The translations under genes and the position numbers were made by a program. From contig JANLPS010000560.1 in the NCBI GenBank assembly GCA_031367385.1, positions 1 through 36,453 of the forward strand: 36,453 nucleotides of DNA. The letters are read 5' to 3'. Shown here piece after piece: positions 1-10,134 of this stretch. Under the pieces are notes generated by a model. The model made no database searches and had not been told where the DNA came from. It was given only the letters and a program-made list of their open reading frames with translations. The DNA comes from Archangium sp. (lineage in GTDB: Bacteria > Myxococcota > Myxococcia > Myxococcales > Myxococcaceae). Each line of letters opens with the position of its first letter. Position 1 is the first letter of the stretch.

Positions 1-2
1 AA

Positions 3-116
3 CGACTCGCGTGGAACGCACTGTCGCTCGGCACCACTCTCGACCTTCAATTCATCGGAGGTGCCGCGATCAAGCCGATGCTTGCCGATCAGCCCCCTCA
101 AGCGCTTGCGTCATAG
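3..116 (+). CDS. Possible 3' end of a CDS entering from the left edge
   Basis: Frame open from position 3 (RLAWNALSLGTTLDLQFIGG...) to TAG at 114-116; no function recognisable. Confidence 0.3.
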   Translation, partial: RLAWNALSLGTTLDLQFIGGAAIKPMLADQPPQALAS

Positions 117-198
117 GGCCCGATACGGATCGCGTGGGTCAGAGCCCATGATCGGCTTAGCGGCCTGTTCCGACTCCAGTAAGCTGAGGGTGAGACCG

Positions 199-1590
<1,392 letters not shown>

Positions 1591-1593
1591 GCG

Positions 1594-3246
1594 TCACGGG
1601 CTGCGCAGCAGCTGCCACAACACCACCCCCACCACGGGTATCGCTTCTCCCGCGAGCAACCCGCTGCCGACGCTCAGCAGCAGGGCCTCGCCGCGCGCTC
1701 GCCGCATCAGCAAAGCGCCCAGCACCGCGCCAGCCGCCAGCGTCAGGGCCGTGGTCGGGGTAATCAAAAACGCCAGCCCGAGCCCGACCGGTGCGGGCAA
1801 CCACTGGCCGAACCTTGGGTGCTTTTCGCCCAGGGCCAGCGCGAGGCCCACGGCTGCGGCGACGGCGGCAGCCCCAAGCGCGCCCGGCGGGAGTGCCGAG
1901 ACCCCGCCTTGAAGCACGTCAGCCACGCTTCGCCACTGGGCCGCGGTGGGTGCGGGGAGCTGAGCGCTGCCGATCGTGTAGGCGCGGGTCAGGGCGCGCC
2001 ACACCAACACGCTCACTGGAGCGCCGATGAGCACTCCGGCGGCCTGCGCCCAGATCTGATGGCTCAGTGGGGTCTTGAGCAGCCGGCCGGTCTTCAAGGC
2101 CCAGAGCGTGGAGGTCGCTTGGGCGCCAGAGCCCGCGGTGACGTTGGCAACCGAGACGCTGACCGCGGCGGAGCCTCCCAGCGCCCCGACGAATTGCGAG
2201 AGCTGCCCGACATCACCCAGCGGCGCGACGTCGGTCGCTCCAGCTGCGCGCGAGGCGACGGTCGACAGCACCAGGGCCATCAACATCGCGATGACCGAAA
2301 ACACCCGTGAGACCTCGAAGGCGAAGTGCGTCACCGCGACCGTGCTCAGGGCGATCGCACCCAGCCCCAGCAACCCGCGCTTGCCGGTGCGCCCGAGCAT
2401 CGCCGCGCCGCTCGAGACTTGCGTCATCACGGTGACCAACGCCGGCAACGAGGCGCCGACCAGCAGCGCGACGCCGACCCAGCGCAGCCACGCGCCCAAT
2501 GATTCGAACGAGGGCAGCGGGCCGACCAACCCGCGCGAGCCGACTCCGGAGGCGATCACACGCCACGCGACGACGGTGCCCAGCGCGAGGCTCAGGCCGA
2601 GTCGCAGACCGATCAACGCGCCCCCGCCGAACAGCATCGGGCTGGCCGCGAGGCCCGCAGAGATCGACGTGGTGCTGATCGCGATCGTGAGCTCGAAGGC
2701 TCCGGGCACCACTGCGGCGACGTCACGCAGCAGGGTGATCGCCGCGGCCAGCACGAAGGCCACCACGAACGGTACGGTTCGTTGGCGAACGGCCTCGGTG
2801 CTCGAGTGCAGCGACTCGATAAGCTGCGCAGCCGCCACCCCGGTTGGAAAAGGGAGCGCATCGATGTCGAGGAGCTGCGGCGCCAGGAGCACGCCCGTGG
2901 CGACGCCCAAGGCGCCAAAGCTGAGGGCGCCAGCGAGGAGCGCAGGGGTCGAAGGGTCATGCCCGAGCGCCGCCAAGGCCGGCACCGCGGCGAGCAGACC
3001 CATGGTGGCGGGCATCGCCGCGATCGAAGCGCTGGCGGTCAGCATCACCACATGGCCTTGCGGAGTCAGCGAATGACCGAACAGCTTCGAGAGCGGCGCC
3101 AACAGCACGAACCCGACCAGCCCAGAGGTCAGCTGACCCGTGTCCCACAGGCCGGTCTTGAGACCGATGAGCGCGTTGGCGAAGGCGAGCGCGGTGCCGA
3201 CCAGCGCGCCCACCAGCACGGGCAGCAGTGATTCTTTCGCCGTCAC
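1594..3246 (-). CDS. OPT/YSL family oligopeptide transporter (EspB-like)
   Basis: Polytopic membrane protein with GLKTG, LPFPTGVAAA, LKTGRLLKTP and LPAPTAAQW motifs typical of bacterial OPT; GTGA overlap with the upstream kinase stop. Confidence 0.88.
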   Translation of the reverse strand: MTAKESLLPVLVGALVGTALAFANALIGLKTGLWDTGQLTSGLVGFVLLAPLSKLFGHSLTPQGHVVMLTASASIAAMPATMGLLAAVPALAALGHDPSTPALLAGALSFGALGVATGVLLAPQLLDIDALPFPTGVAAAQLIESLHSSTEAVRQRTVPFVVAFVLAAAITLLRDVAAVVPGAFELTIAISTTSISAGLAASPMLFGGGALIGLRLGLSLALGTVVAWRVIASGVGSRGLVGPLPSFESLGAWLRWVGVALLVGASLPALVTVMTQVSSGAAMLGRTGKRGLLGLGAIALSTVAVTHFAFEVSRVFSVIAMLMALVLSTVASRAAGATDVAPLGDVGQLSQFVGALGGSAAVSVSVANVTAGSGAQATSTLWALKTGRLLKTPLSHQIWAQAAGVLIGAPVSVLVWRALTRAYTIGSAQLPAPTAAQWRSVADVLQGGVSALPPGALGAAAVAAAVGLALALGEKHPRFGQWLPAPVGLGLAFLITPTTALTLAAGAVLGALLMRRARGEALLLSVGSGLLAGEAIPVVGVVLWQLLRSP

Positions 3247-6200
3247 GCGTGCTCCCGGGCGAGCTGCTCGACCCGCGCGCTGACGAGCATGAACCGCTGG
3301 GCTGTCAGCGTCTGGGCTTCTCGCAGCACCGCCCGGCCGCCAGCGTCATCGCCCTGCTCGAAGAGCGTTCGGGCGAACATCTCGCGCAGCTCGACCGGCT
3401 CTTCTTCGAGGCTGGCCTGCTCACTGGTGGCGACCAGCTGTTCCCACTCGGGGCGCGGGGCCCGGCTCGCCCGCAGCACGACCATCTTGGCGAGCACGGC
3501 GTAGTTCGCGAACAGAACCTCTGGCCGGGCGAGCCATGGCTCAACGCGGGCGACTGCTTCGGCGAACGCGCCTTGCCGCACCAAGCGCCGCGCCTCGGTG
3601 ATCTCGATCGCGGCCAAGAACCCGACTTCGGAAGGCCGTTGCGAGAGCGCCTTGGCCCGCTGCAAGTGCGATGAGACCTCGTCGAGCCGGTCAGCGAGAT
3701 ACAGCAGCTCGCCCATGTTGAACTCGGCGTACGCGGTGACGAGGGTGTTGCCGAGCTCGCGGCCCAGGGCGACGCAGCGCGCTTGCGAATCGAGGGCGCG
3801 CGAGAGGTCACCGAGGGCGATCTCGAGCGTGTACACGGCCGAGAGCGCGGCGAGCTCATGGTTGCGATCGCCAGAGCTGCGAGTCAAAGCCATCAACGTC
3901 TCGAAGGTCGCGCGGGCTTTGTCAGGCTGCCCCAGCACGGGGAGCACGCGTACGAGCAGCGAGAGCGCCGCCACTTCGGTCTCATAGCCGGTGGGCCCCA
4001 GCGCACGGCTCAAGCTGACAGCGCGTTCGAGCGGCGCGACCGCGGCGGCCCAGGCGTTGAAACGCATCGAGGCTCTGCCCTCACCCAGCGCGAGGCGGTG
4101 CTCGAGGCCCTTGACGCCCTTGGCTTGAACGACGGCGGCCGCCTCGGCCACCCGGGCCCGGCTGCGCTCGAAGTCGACCTTCCAATCGAGAATGGTGGCT
4201 TCGTCGAGCAGCACCTCGGCCTCGATGCTGGCGTCACCCGCCGCCCGGGCCAGCTCGAGCGCAGCCGCGGAGTCAGCCAAGGCGTCATCGAACCGCTGCA
4301 GTTGGTAGCGAACGGTCGAGCGAAGGCGCAACAGCTCGAGCCGCTCAGCCGCGGTGAGCGTGGCGCCGAGCTGTTCTCCGAGCGCCTTGCCCAGCAACGC
4401 GTCAGCTTCGAGCTCGCGGTGGCGCGACACGGCCAGGCGTGCGAGCGCGCTGTTGAAGGTGGCGGCTTCGACGTACTCGTGTGCTCCCTCGGCGTGCAGA
4501 GCGCGGCGGCGCTGCACCACCTCCAACGCCGGGTTCTGGGCCCGGTACCACTCGAGCGCTGCCCGGTGAACGGCGAGCCTCCGCTCAGAAGGAATCGCGC
4601 GGCCGATGGCATTTCGAAAAACGTCATTGAGAAAGCGCCACCCACCGCTCGAGGTTCGGGCCAGGTGGCCGTCGGCGACCAGGCGATCGAGCCCGACTCT
4701 CGCATCGAGAGGAAAGGCTTCGCCCTGCCCTTGCCGCTCGAGCATCGAGAGCACGCCGCGCAGCTCCTCGAGGTGCAGCTCGGGGCCAAGAATCGACACG
4801 AGCTGCGCGTGCGCGATGACCGCTGAAGGCAGGCTGGCGAGGGCGCGCTCCGAGAGCCACTCCAGCACGGGCACCGCGGGCACTGCATTCAGCGTGTCGG
4901 TGTCGAGATCCCACCCGCTGCCGTCGCGGCGGGGCTTGACCAGACCTTGGCGCCGCAGGGCGGAGACCAGCTCGACCATCGCCAGGGGCACACCGTGGGT
5001 TCGCTCGACCAGCGTATCGAGCGCGGCCAGGGCGGTGTTCTGCATCGGCAACAACAGGTGTCGAGCGAGCTCTCGGGCGCTCGCGACGTCGAGGGCAGAG
5101 ACGGTCGTGGTCTGCGATTGCGCGGCGCGAGCACCCCACCCCGGCCGAGCCTCGCTCAAGGCCTCGCGGGCGAAAGCGGCCACGTACACCCTGCTCTTTG
5201 CCTCGGCCAACGCAGCCAACTCGAGCCCGTCGAGCAAAACCGCGTCTGCGAGGTGCGCGTCGTCGACCAACACGGCGATGGGTTGAGCCATCGACACGGC
5301 GCGCAGCACGTCGGCGAGGGCTCTCGCGCCCGCCAGCCGCAGCGCACCAGGGGCCCGCGAGACCACCGAGAGGCGCTCGTCGTCGGCGCCGACCAATGAC
5401 GCCGCCAGACCCAGCGCGGGCCAGCTGTCGGAGCCGCCCAGGGTTGAAATCACGGCAGCTTCGAGCGCCGCGCCGGTTGGTTCGACGGCCAGGGCAGCTC
5501 CGAGCAAAGCTCGAACCGCCTCACCTGACTCGGCGGTCAGCCCCTGCTGGCCTCGCACGACCGCGACCCGAAAGCCTTTGCCAATCAACGACGCGTGGAG
5601 CGCGCCGAGCAAGCGGCTCTTGCCCACGCCTGCTGCCCCCAGCACTGCGTCGACCGTCGGCGAATGGGTGGCCGCGCGGGCGCTCAGCTCGGCCAAGACC
5701 GGGTCGCGCCCGATGAGCGGCGTCGAGGCTTTCACCGAGGTCGCTCCGGAGGTCAGGCCGAGGCCGGTCGCGTCTTTGGTTTGCCTCACGGTGAAGCGGC
5801 CCTTGACCCCCGGGTCGACGTCGAGGCCAATCGCCTGGGCGGCTTCGGCGGTGAGCGTCAACGCGCCGTCGTCGTTCGCTGGGTATCGCGCCGCTTTGCC
5901 AAAGGTGGCGCTCACCACTCGGAGCGTGCCATCGGGCCGCAGCTGAGCCGACGCGGTGACCAGATCGACCAGGCCCTGCTCGAGCAGCCCCGCGGCTTTG
6001 AGGCGTTGCGCGAGTGTGTAGGCCGCCAACACGGGGTTCTCGACCTGCCCTGGCGCGTACGCGGCGACGTTGCCGACTGGCGCGACGTGAACCAGAAAGG
6101 CACCTCCTTGTTTGATGGCGTGGCCGATGCGTTGCGGGTCGGCCGCAGTCGTGAAGAAGAGCATGCCGAGGGGGCGACGCTCGGCCGGGGGAGTGGTGGG

Positions 6201-7118
6201 AGCGACGCCAGCCCGCGTGGCGGTGGCAGCGGGCGTCTCGAAGGAGACCGCGTCGAGCAAAGCGGCGAACGCGGCGGCCGTCTGAGGTCGCTCGTCAGGC
6301 TTCTTCGAGAGCGCGCGCAACACCAGTTCGTCGAAGCGCGGGTCGCTCCCGTAGCGCGAAGGCGGCGGAGGCCGAATCATGGTGTGCCCCTGGACGATCT
6401 GCGCCTGCTCACCCAGAAATGGCACTCGGCCGGTGAGCAGCTCGTACAGCAGCACGCCGACTGAGTAGAGATCTGAGGCTGGCGAAACCGGGCGGGAGTC
6501 GGCTTGCTCGGGGCTCAGGTATTCGGCGCTGCCGACGAGCGCGGTCGAAGCCACTTGCGGTGCGGTGAGATCGACGGCGACGCCAAAGTCGATGAGGCGA
6601 ACCCGATCGCCCAAGAAGACGTTGTCGGGCTTGAGATCGCGGTGCACCAGCTGATGGCCATGAACCACCGTGAGCACCTCGAGCAGCCCCAGCACCACGC
6701 GCTTGGCCTCGGCCGATGCGAGGCCACGCGGCGAGCCCTCGAGCATCGTGAGGAGCGAGGGCCCGGGCAGGCGCTGCATCGACAGCCAGGAACCGTCGAC
6801 GAAGTCACCGCTGCCGAAGACCGTTGGCACCCATGGCGCTCCGATGCGCTCGAGCATCTGCGCCTCGGCGCGCAGGCGCTCAATCGCGGTTGCGGGCTCT
6901 CGGTGCGCCAGCTTGAGCGCGACCTCGCGGCCAGTCGCGTCGGTGGCGAGCAGCACCAGACCAAAGCCGCCAACCCCGAGAATCGTGTGGGTGGTGAAGC
7001 CAGGCACCCTGGGCGGTGGGGTCGATGAGACTTGGGTCACCTCGGGAGGACTCGGGGGCGCACAGCCATCGAGCGGCTCGAGATGTCTTCGACCGCAGTT
7101 GGGGCAGCGCGTCAGCAT
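3243..7118 (-). CDS. Ser/Thr kinase - AAA/STAND ATPase - TPR multidomain signalling protein
   Basis: N-terminal CPNCGRRH; kinase motifs GVGGFG, VALK, HRDLKPDN, DFG, YLSPE; Walker A GAAGVGKS; Walker B AVLVDD; Ala/Leu-rich helical repeats at the C-terminus. Start at ATG 7118 inferred; ORF extends to 7256. Confidence 0.9.
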   Translation of the reverse strand: MLTRCPNCGRRHLEPLDGCAPPSPPEVTQVSSTPPPRVPGFTTHTILGVGGFGLVLLATDATGREVALKLAHREPATAIERLRAEAQMLERIGAPWVPTVFGSGDFVDGSWLSMQRLPGPSLLTMLEGSPRGLASAEAKRVVLGLLEVLTVVHGHQLVHRDLKPDNVFLGDRVRLIDFGVAVDLTAPQVASTALVGSAEYLSPEQADSRPVSPASDLYSVGVLLYELLTGRVPFLGEQAQIVQGHTMIRPPPPSRYGSDPRFDELVLRALSKKPDERPQTAAAFAALLDAVSFETPAATATRAGVAPTTPPAERRPLGMLFFTTAADPQRIGHAIKQGGAFLVHVAPVGNVAAYAPGQVENPVLAAYTLAQRLKAAGLLEQGLVDLVTASAQLRPDGTLRVVSATFGKAARYPANDDGALTLTAEAAQAIGLDVDPGVKGRFTVRQTKDATGLGLTSGATSVKASTPLIGRDPVLAELSARAATHSPTVDAVLGAAGVGKSRLLGALHASLIGKGFRVAVVRGQQGLTAESGEAVRALLGAALAVEPTGAALEAAVISTLGGSDSWPALGLAASLVGADDERLSVVSRAPGALRLAGARALADVLRAVSMAQPIAVLVDDAHLADAVLLDGLELAALAEAKSRVYVAAFAREALSEARPGWGARAAQSQTTTVSALDVASARELARHLLLPMQNTALAALDTLVERTHGVPLAMVELVSALRRQGLVKPRRDGSGWDLDTDTLNAVPAVPVLEWLSERALASLPSAVIAHAQLVSILGPELHLEELRGVLSMLERQGQGEAFPLDARVGLDRLVADGHLARTSSGGWRFLNDVFRNAIGRAIPSERRLAVHRAALEWYRAQNPALEVVQRRRALHAEGAHEYVEAATFNSALARLAVSRHRELEADALLGKALGEQLGATLTAAERLELLRLRSTVRYQLQRFDDALADSAAALELARAAGDASIEAEVLLDEATILDWKVDFERSRARVAEAAAVVQAKGVKGLEHRLALGEGRASMRFNAWAAAVAPLERAVSLSRALGPTGYETEVAALSLLVRVLPVLGQPDKARATFETLMALTRSSGDRNHELAALSAVYTLEIALGDLSRALDSQARCVALGRELGNTLVTAYAEFNMGELLYLADRLDEVSSHLQRAKALSQRPSEVGFLAAIEITEARRLVRQGAFAEAVARVEPWLARPEVLFANYAVLAKMVVLRASRAPRPEWEQLVATSEQASLEEEPVELREMFARTLFEQGDDAGGRAVLREAQTLTAQRFMLVSARVEQLAREHA

Positions 7119-7345
7119 CGAGCGAGTGCCTGAACTATGGCCCGAGGTCTGGCGTCGGGCGATTTCCAAATCAGGGTGCGATGTCAGCGCGGCACGCACA
7201 TTCACCGACCGAACGAGAAGGCTCGAATCGGCGCGAGTTGCGCATTCGGTGAACAAGTCGTTCAGCGCAGGTCTCGAGTCGGCTTCGCAACCGGTGTGAA
7301 TCTGGAGAGGCTCAGCGCTGCACGCCGGGTGCTCTGCAACCTCGT

Positions 7346-8227
7346 ATGAAATCTCTCTTCGCCGCGGTGTTCGTGCTGGTGTCGGCCTGCGGCGTGGTCG
7401 AGCAGCCGGGCGCTGAGAATCAGTCTGTCGGCGTCTCGCAAGACGCGTTGCTCGACGACAACGGCATGTCGGCGAACGGCTTCAGTGCGAACGGCATGTC
7501 GGCGAACGGGTTCAGCGCAAACGGCATGTCGGCGAATGGCTTCAGCGCGAACGGCCTGGTGACCATCTTGTTGAGCGGCGCGACGCTGGCGGCCTCGGGC
7601 ACGCCCGACGCTCGGTTCGCGGCGTGGTTCGACTCGACGCCGACCGCGAACGAGTTCATGACGTATTTCGTGAAGTGCGCGTTGCCCGCGGGGGAGCGCG
7701 TGACGTTTCGATCGTACAGCTGGGCGGGCGTCATTGGTGTTGCCCCGAATTGGAAGTACGGGAGCCCCACCACGGCTGACCAGGAGCGGGTCACCGCCTG
7801 CTTGATGGCCCACGTCAACGCCGACGGCATGCACGTTTCGATTTCGGTTCGCAGCAATGTGACGAGCTATACGCAGACCGAGGCAACTGCCTACGGCATC
7901 AAAGAGGGCATGTTCTTCGGCAACATTTTTGCGCCGACTCGCACCGCCTACTCGTGCAGCTACAACTACACGTACCAGGTCACCTGTTCGGGTCGAAAAT
8001 ACACCTACACGCAAGCGACCTTGGCGAGCTTCGGTTTGCCGGGCGCCAGCGGCCGAACCTGCGCAACGAACAGTGGCTGCGGCTTCGTCAACGTCGGAAA
8101 CTGCTTTCAGACCTGCCCTCAGTACTGGAGCGGCACGTGTACCGTGAACGGTGTGGGCTACACCAACGCCGTCGAGACCGACCTGCAAACCCCTGCTGCC
8201 GGGAGCCTCTGCGGAAGTTTCATGTAA
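7346..8227 (+). CDS. Secreted lipoprotein with tandem NG(M/F)SA pentapeptides and a Cys-rich C-terminal domain
   Basis: Lipobox LVSAC; (NGMSANGFSA)x3; YFVKCALP and ACLMAHVN segments resembling a recurrent myxobacterial secreted family. Confidence 0.85.
   Translation: MKSLFAAVFVLVSACGVVEQPGAENQSVGVSQDALLDDNGMSANGFSANGMSANGFSANGMSANGFSANGLVTILLSGATLAASGTPDARFAAWFDSTPTANEFMTYFVKCALPAGERVTFRSYSWAGVIGVAPNWKYGSPTTADQERVTACLMAHVNADGMHVSISVRSNVTSYTQTEATAYGIKEGMFFGNIFAPTRTAYSCSYNYTYQVTCSGRKYTYTQATLASFGLPGASGRTCATNSGCGFVNVGNCFQTCPQYWSGTCTVNGVGYTNAVETDLQTPAAGSLCGSFM
7460..7555 (+). repeat. Coding tandem repeat, 3 x 30 bp (6 x 15-bp subunits)
   Basis: aacggcatgtcggcgaacggcttcagtgcg units at 7460, 7490 and 7520, differing only at synonymous sites, plus a partial aacggc at 7550. 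Confidence 0.95.
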
Positions 8228-8249
8228 GCGAGTCGTCTTCGAATTCTCG

Positions 8250-8279
8250 GCCGTCGACCTGGCGTCGGCGGCTTTTTTT
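8250..8279 (+). terminator. Intrinsic terminator
   Basis: gccgtcgac-ctggc-gtcggcggc hairpin followed by T7, between convergent genes. Confidence 0.8.
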
Positions 8280-8288
8280 CGTGCTGCG

Positions 8289-9431
8289 TCAGCGGGCGTT
8301 GGCAGACTGCCGGGCGGCGATCAGCGCTTCGTAGCTGCGGGTCACGCTCTGCGAGACGATCAGCAGCTCTCCGATGTCAGGCGGCGTGACTTGGCCGGGC
8401 CCGGCGTCGAGGTAGAGCAGGTGTACTGGCTTGCCACGCACCAGCAACGGCAGCACGACCGCGGTACTGGGCGCGGCGCCGCCGACCATTTTGTAGAAGA
8501 CGTCCATGCCTGGGGTGCTCTTCATCGGCCCGATGAAGTGCGAGCGCAGGTCTCGAACCATCTTGAAGGTGTTCTCTTCGCGCAGTGAGACGCCGATGCG
8601 ACGCACCGCCTTGTCGCTCACGCCGCGACCCGCGCCGTGCCAGCCGGTGACCAAATCGCCCTGCACCGAGAGAATGAGCGCGCGCCTGAACTTGGCGACC
8701 GCGAACCGCAGCACCGTGCGAGCGATGTCTTCGCGATCGCTGCTGGTCTGCAACAGCTTCTGCGCTTCGACGAAGGTGAGCGGGCTGGTCGGCCGCTTGG
8801 GAGCCGCTGGGGGCGCGTAGGCGGGCATCTCTTCAGAGACCACCTCGCCTTCGATCACCACCTCTTCATCGGTTGCCCCCGCCGCGACGGCATAGAGGCT
8901 GGCGAAGTCGTCTTCGTTGATCAGCTCGGAGACGTCTTTGGGCACGTGTACCGCGGCGTTCTTCTCTTTCGAGGGGCGCACGGTGTTCATGTCGATGGGC
9001 CGAACCGGCCGAAACGCCTTCACGTAGGCGCGCAGCAGCTGGTTCATTCGAAATTCGGGTATCACGACCTGCACGACGCGCTTGCTGGTCTTGAAGCTGA
9101 GCGCGTCGATGGCCTCGATCTGGTTTGGCCCGAGCACAGCGACGGTGATGCGAGTGGGGTCGACCCGCATCGGCATCAGGTCATTGTCGTCGAGAAACTT
9201 GTGAGCGACGCTGTTGACCGCGATCGGGTCGGGCTTCATGTCTCCCGACGCGAACGGCAGGTTGTGCTGGCGGCCGAGCACGCGGGCCAGGTCGGCTTCT
9301 TTCAAAAACCCGAGCTCGCACAAGTTGGTGCCGAGCCTGCCGCCGTAAATCACCTGCGTTTCGAGCGCTTCCTCGAGGTGGGCCTTGGTGACCAACTTCT
9401 CTTCGAGGAGGAGTTCTCCGAGCCGGGCCAC
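8289..9431 (-). CDS. MshEN/GspE N-terminal domain protein without an ATPase domain; GAF-like C-terminus
   Basis: Two 24-aa motifs RLGELLLEEKLVTKAHLEEALETQ and RLGTNLCELGFLKEADLARVLGRQ joined by 5 aa; no Walker A; C-terminal VVLPLLVRGKPVHLLYLD. Confidence 0.85.
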   Translation of the reverse strand: MARLGELLLEEKLVTKAHLEEALETQVIYGGRLGTNLCELGFLKEADLARVLGRQHNLPFASGDMKPDPIAVNSVAHKFLDDNDLMPMRVDPTRITVAVLGPNQIEAIDALSFKTSKRVVQVVIPEFRMNQLLRAYVKAFRPVRPIDMNTVRPSKEKNAAVHVPKDVSELINEDDFASLYAVAAGATDEEVVIEGEVVSEEMPAYAPPAAPKRPTSPLTFVEAQKLLQTSSDREDIARTVLRFAVAKFRRALILSVQGDLVTGWHGAGRGVSDKAVRRIGVSLREENTFKMVRDLRSHFIGPMKSTPGMDVFYKMVGGAAPSTAVVLPLLVRGKPVHLLYLDAGPGQVTPPDIGELLIVSQSVTRSYEALIAARQSANAR

Positions 9432-9440
9432 GCGCGTACC

Positions 9441-9833
9441 CTACACCGTCGGTCGGTTCGATGGGTGATGACTGAGGCCGACCAGGTTGCCGTCGGGGTC
9501 GCGCACGTAGACGGTCCACTCCGATTGGCGCTCGATGGGTATGAGGTGACGCGCGAGCAGGGCTTCGAGCCCGACGCGGTCTGCTGCGTCGATTCGCAAC
9601 GCGACCATTGAATACCCCGCGGTGCCATGCGGGTCGGCGCTGGGGAGGTCTTCGAGCGCCAGAAACCCGTCAGAGGCTTGGGCGCCCACGCCGACCCAGA
9701 TGCTGCGCAGCGAGCCGTCGTCTCGCAGGTACCGGGTCAGCTCAGGCAGGCCCAGCACCTCGCGGTAGAAGGCACCCAGGCGGGCGACGTCTCGGGTCTG
9801 AAGGGCGACGTGGTGAAAGCCGAGTGTTTTCAT
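9441..9833 (-). CDS. VOC/glyoxalase family protein
   Basis: FHHVALQTRDV..FYREVLGL and YVRDPDGNLVGL motifs. Confidence 0.88.
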   Translation of the reverse strand: MKTLGFHHVALQTRDVARLGAFYREVLGLPELTRYLRDDGSLRSIWVGVGAQASDGFLALEDLPSADPHGTAGYSMVALRIDAADRVGLEALLARHLIPIERQSEWTVYVRDPDGNLVGLSHHPSNRPTV

Positions 9834-9871
9834 TGGTCAGCCCGGGTTCGGTGCGTTCGTCTAGACACTGC

Positions 9872-9900
9872 TTGCGAGCGACGAATACCCCGTGTAGGAC
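9872..9900 (+). promoter_or_regulatory. Putative sigma70-type promoter for the tRNA
   Basis: TTGCGA-N17-TAGGAC followed by a GC-rich discriminator-like stretch, 18 nt before the tRNA. Confidence 0.35.
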
Positions 9901-9918
9901 GCGGCGCGAAAACTTTTT

Positions 9919-9992
9919 GGCCAGGTAGCTCAGCTGGTTAGAGCGGCGGTCTCATAATCCGCAGGTAGTCGGTTCGAGTCCGACCCTGGCCA
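9919..9992 (+). tRNA. tRNA with CAT anticodon (elongator Met or lysidine-modified Ile2; not initiator); CCA not encoded
   Basis: Acceptor GGCCAGG/CCTGGCC with discriminator A, D arm GCTC/GAGC, anticodon loop CTCATAA (CAT at 9953-9955), T arm GTCGG-TTCGAGT-CCGAC. Confidence 0.95.
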
Positions 9993-10010
9993 CAGTCGAG
10001 CTTTGAACGT

Positions 10011-10038
10011 GGCGGTTGGCCCTTCGGGGCTGACCGCC
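10011..10038 (+). terminator. Stable hairpin after the tRNA (terminator or processing stem)
   Basis: ggcggttggccc-TTCG-gggctgaccgcc, 12-bp stem with two G.U pairs and a UUCG loop; weak U tract. Confidence 0.55.
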
Positions 10039-10134
10039 CGCTCATTCTCTCAACCCAAGAAAACCATCGTGAACCGGGCTGAGCCTCGCGTGGGGCGAGG
10101 AGACTCTCACTTTTACCTACTCCGGAGGCCACGG

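Noticed and set aside
61..198. Upstream in-frame starts in the ORF track (61, 7256, 10003, 24035, 27762, 29146, 29858)
   Set aside because: The extensions overlap other features or lack an RBS; downstream starts give better RBS, signal-peptide or domain placement
7460..7555. Tandem repeat as a CRISPR array or RiPP precursor
   Set aside because: No unique spacers or cas genes; the repeat is in-frame coding; no RiPP modifying enzymes nearby
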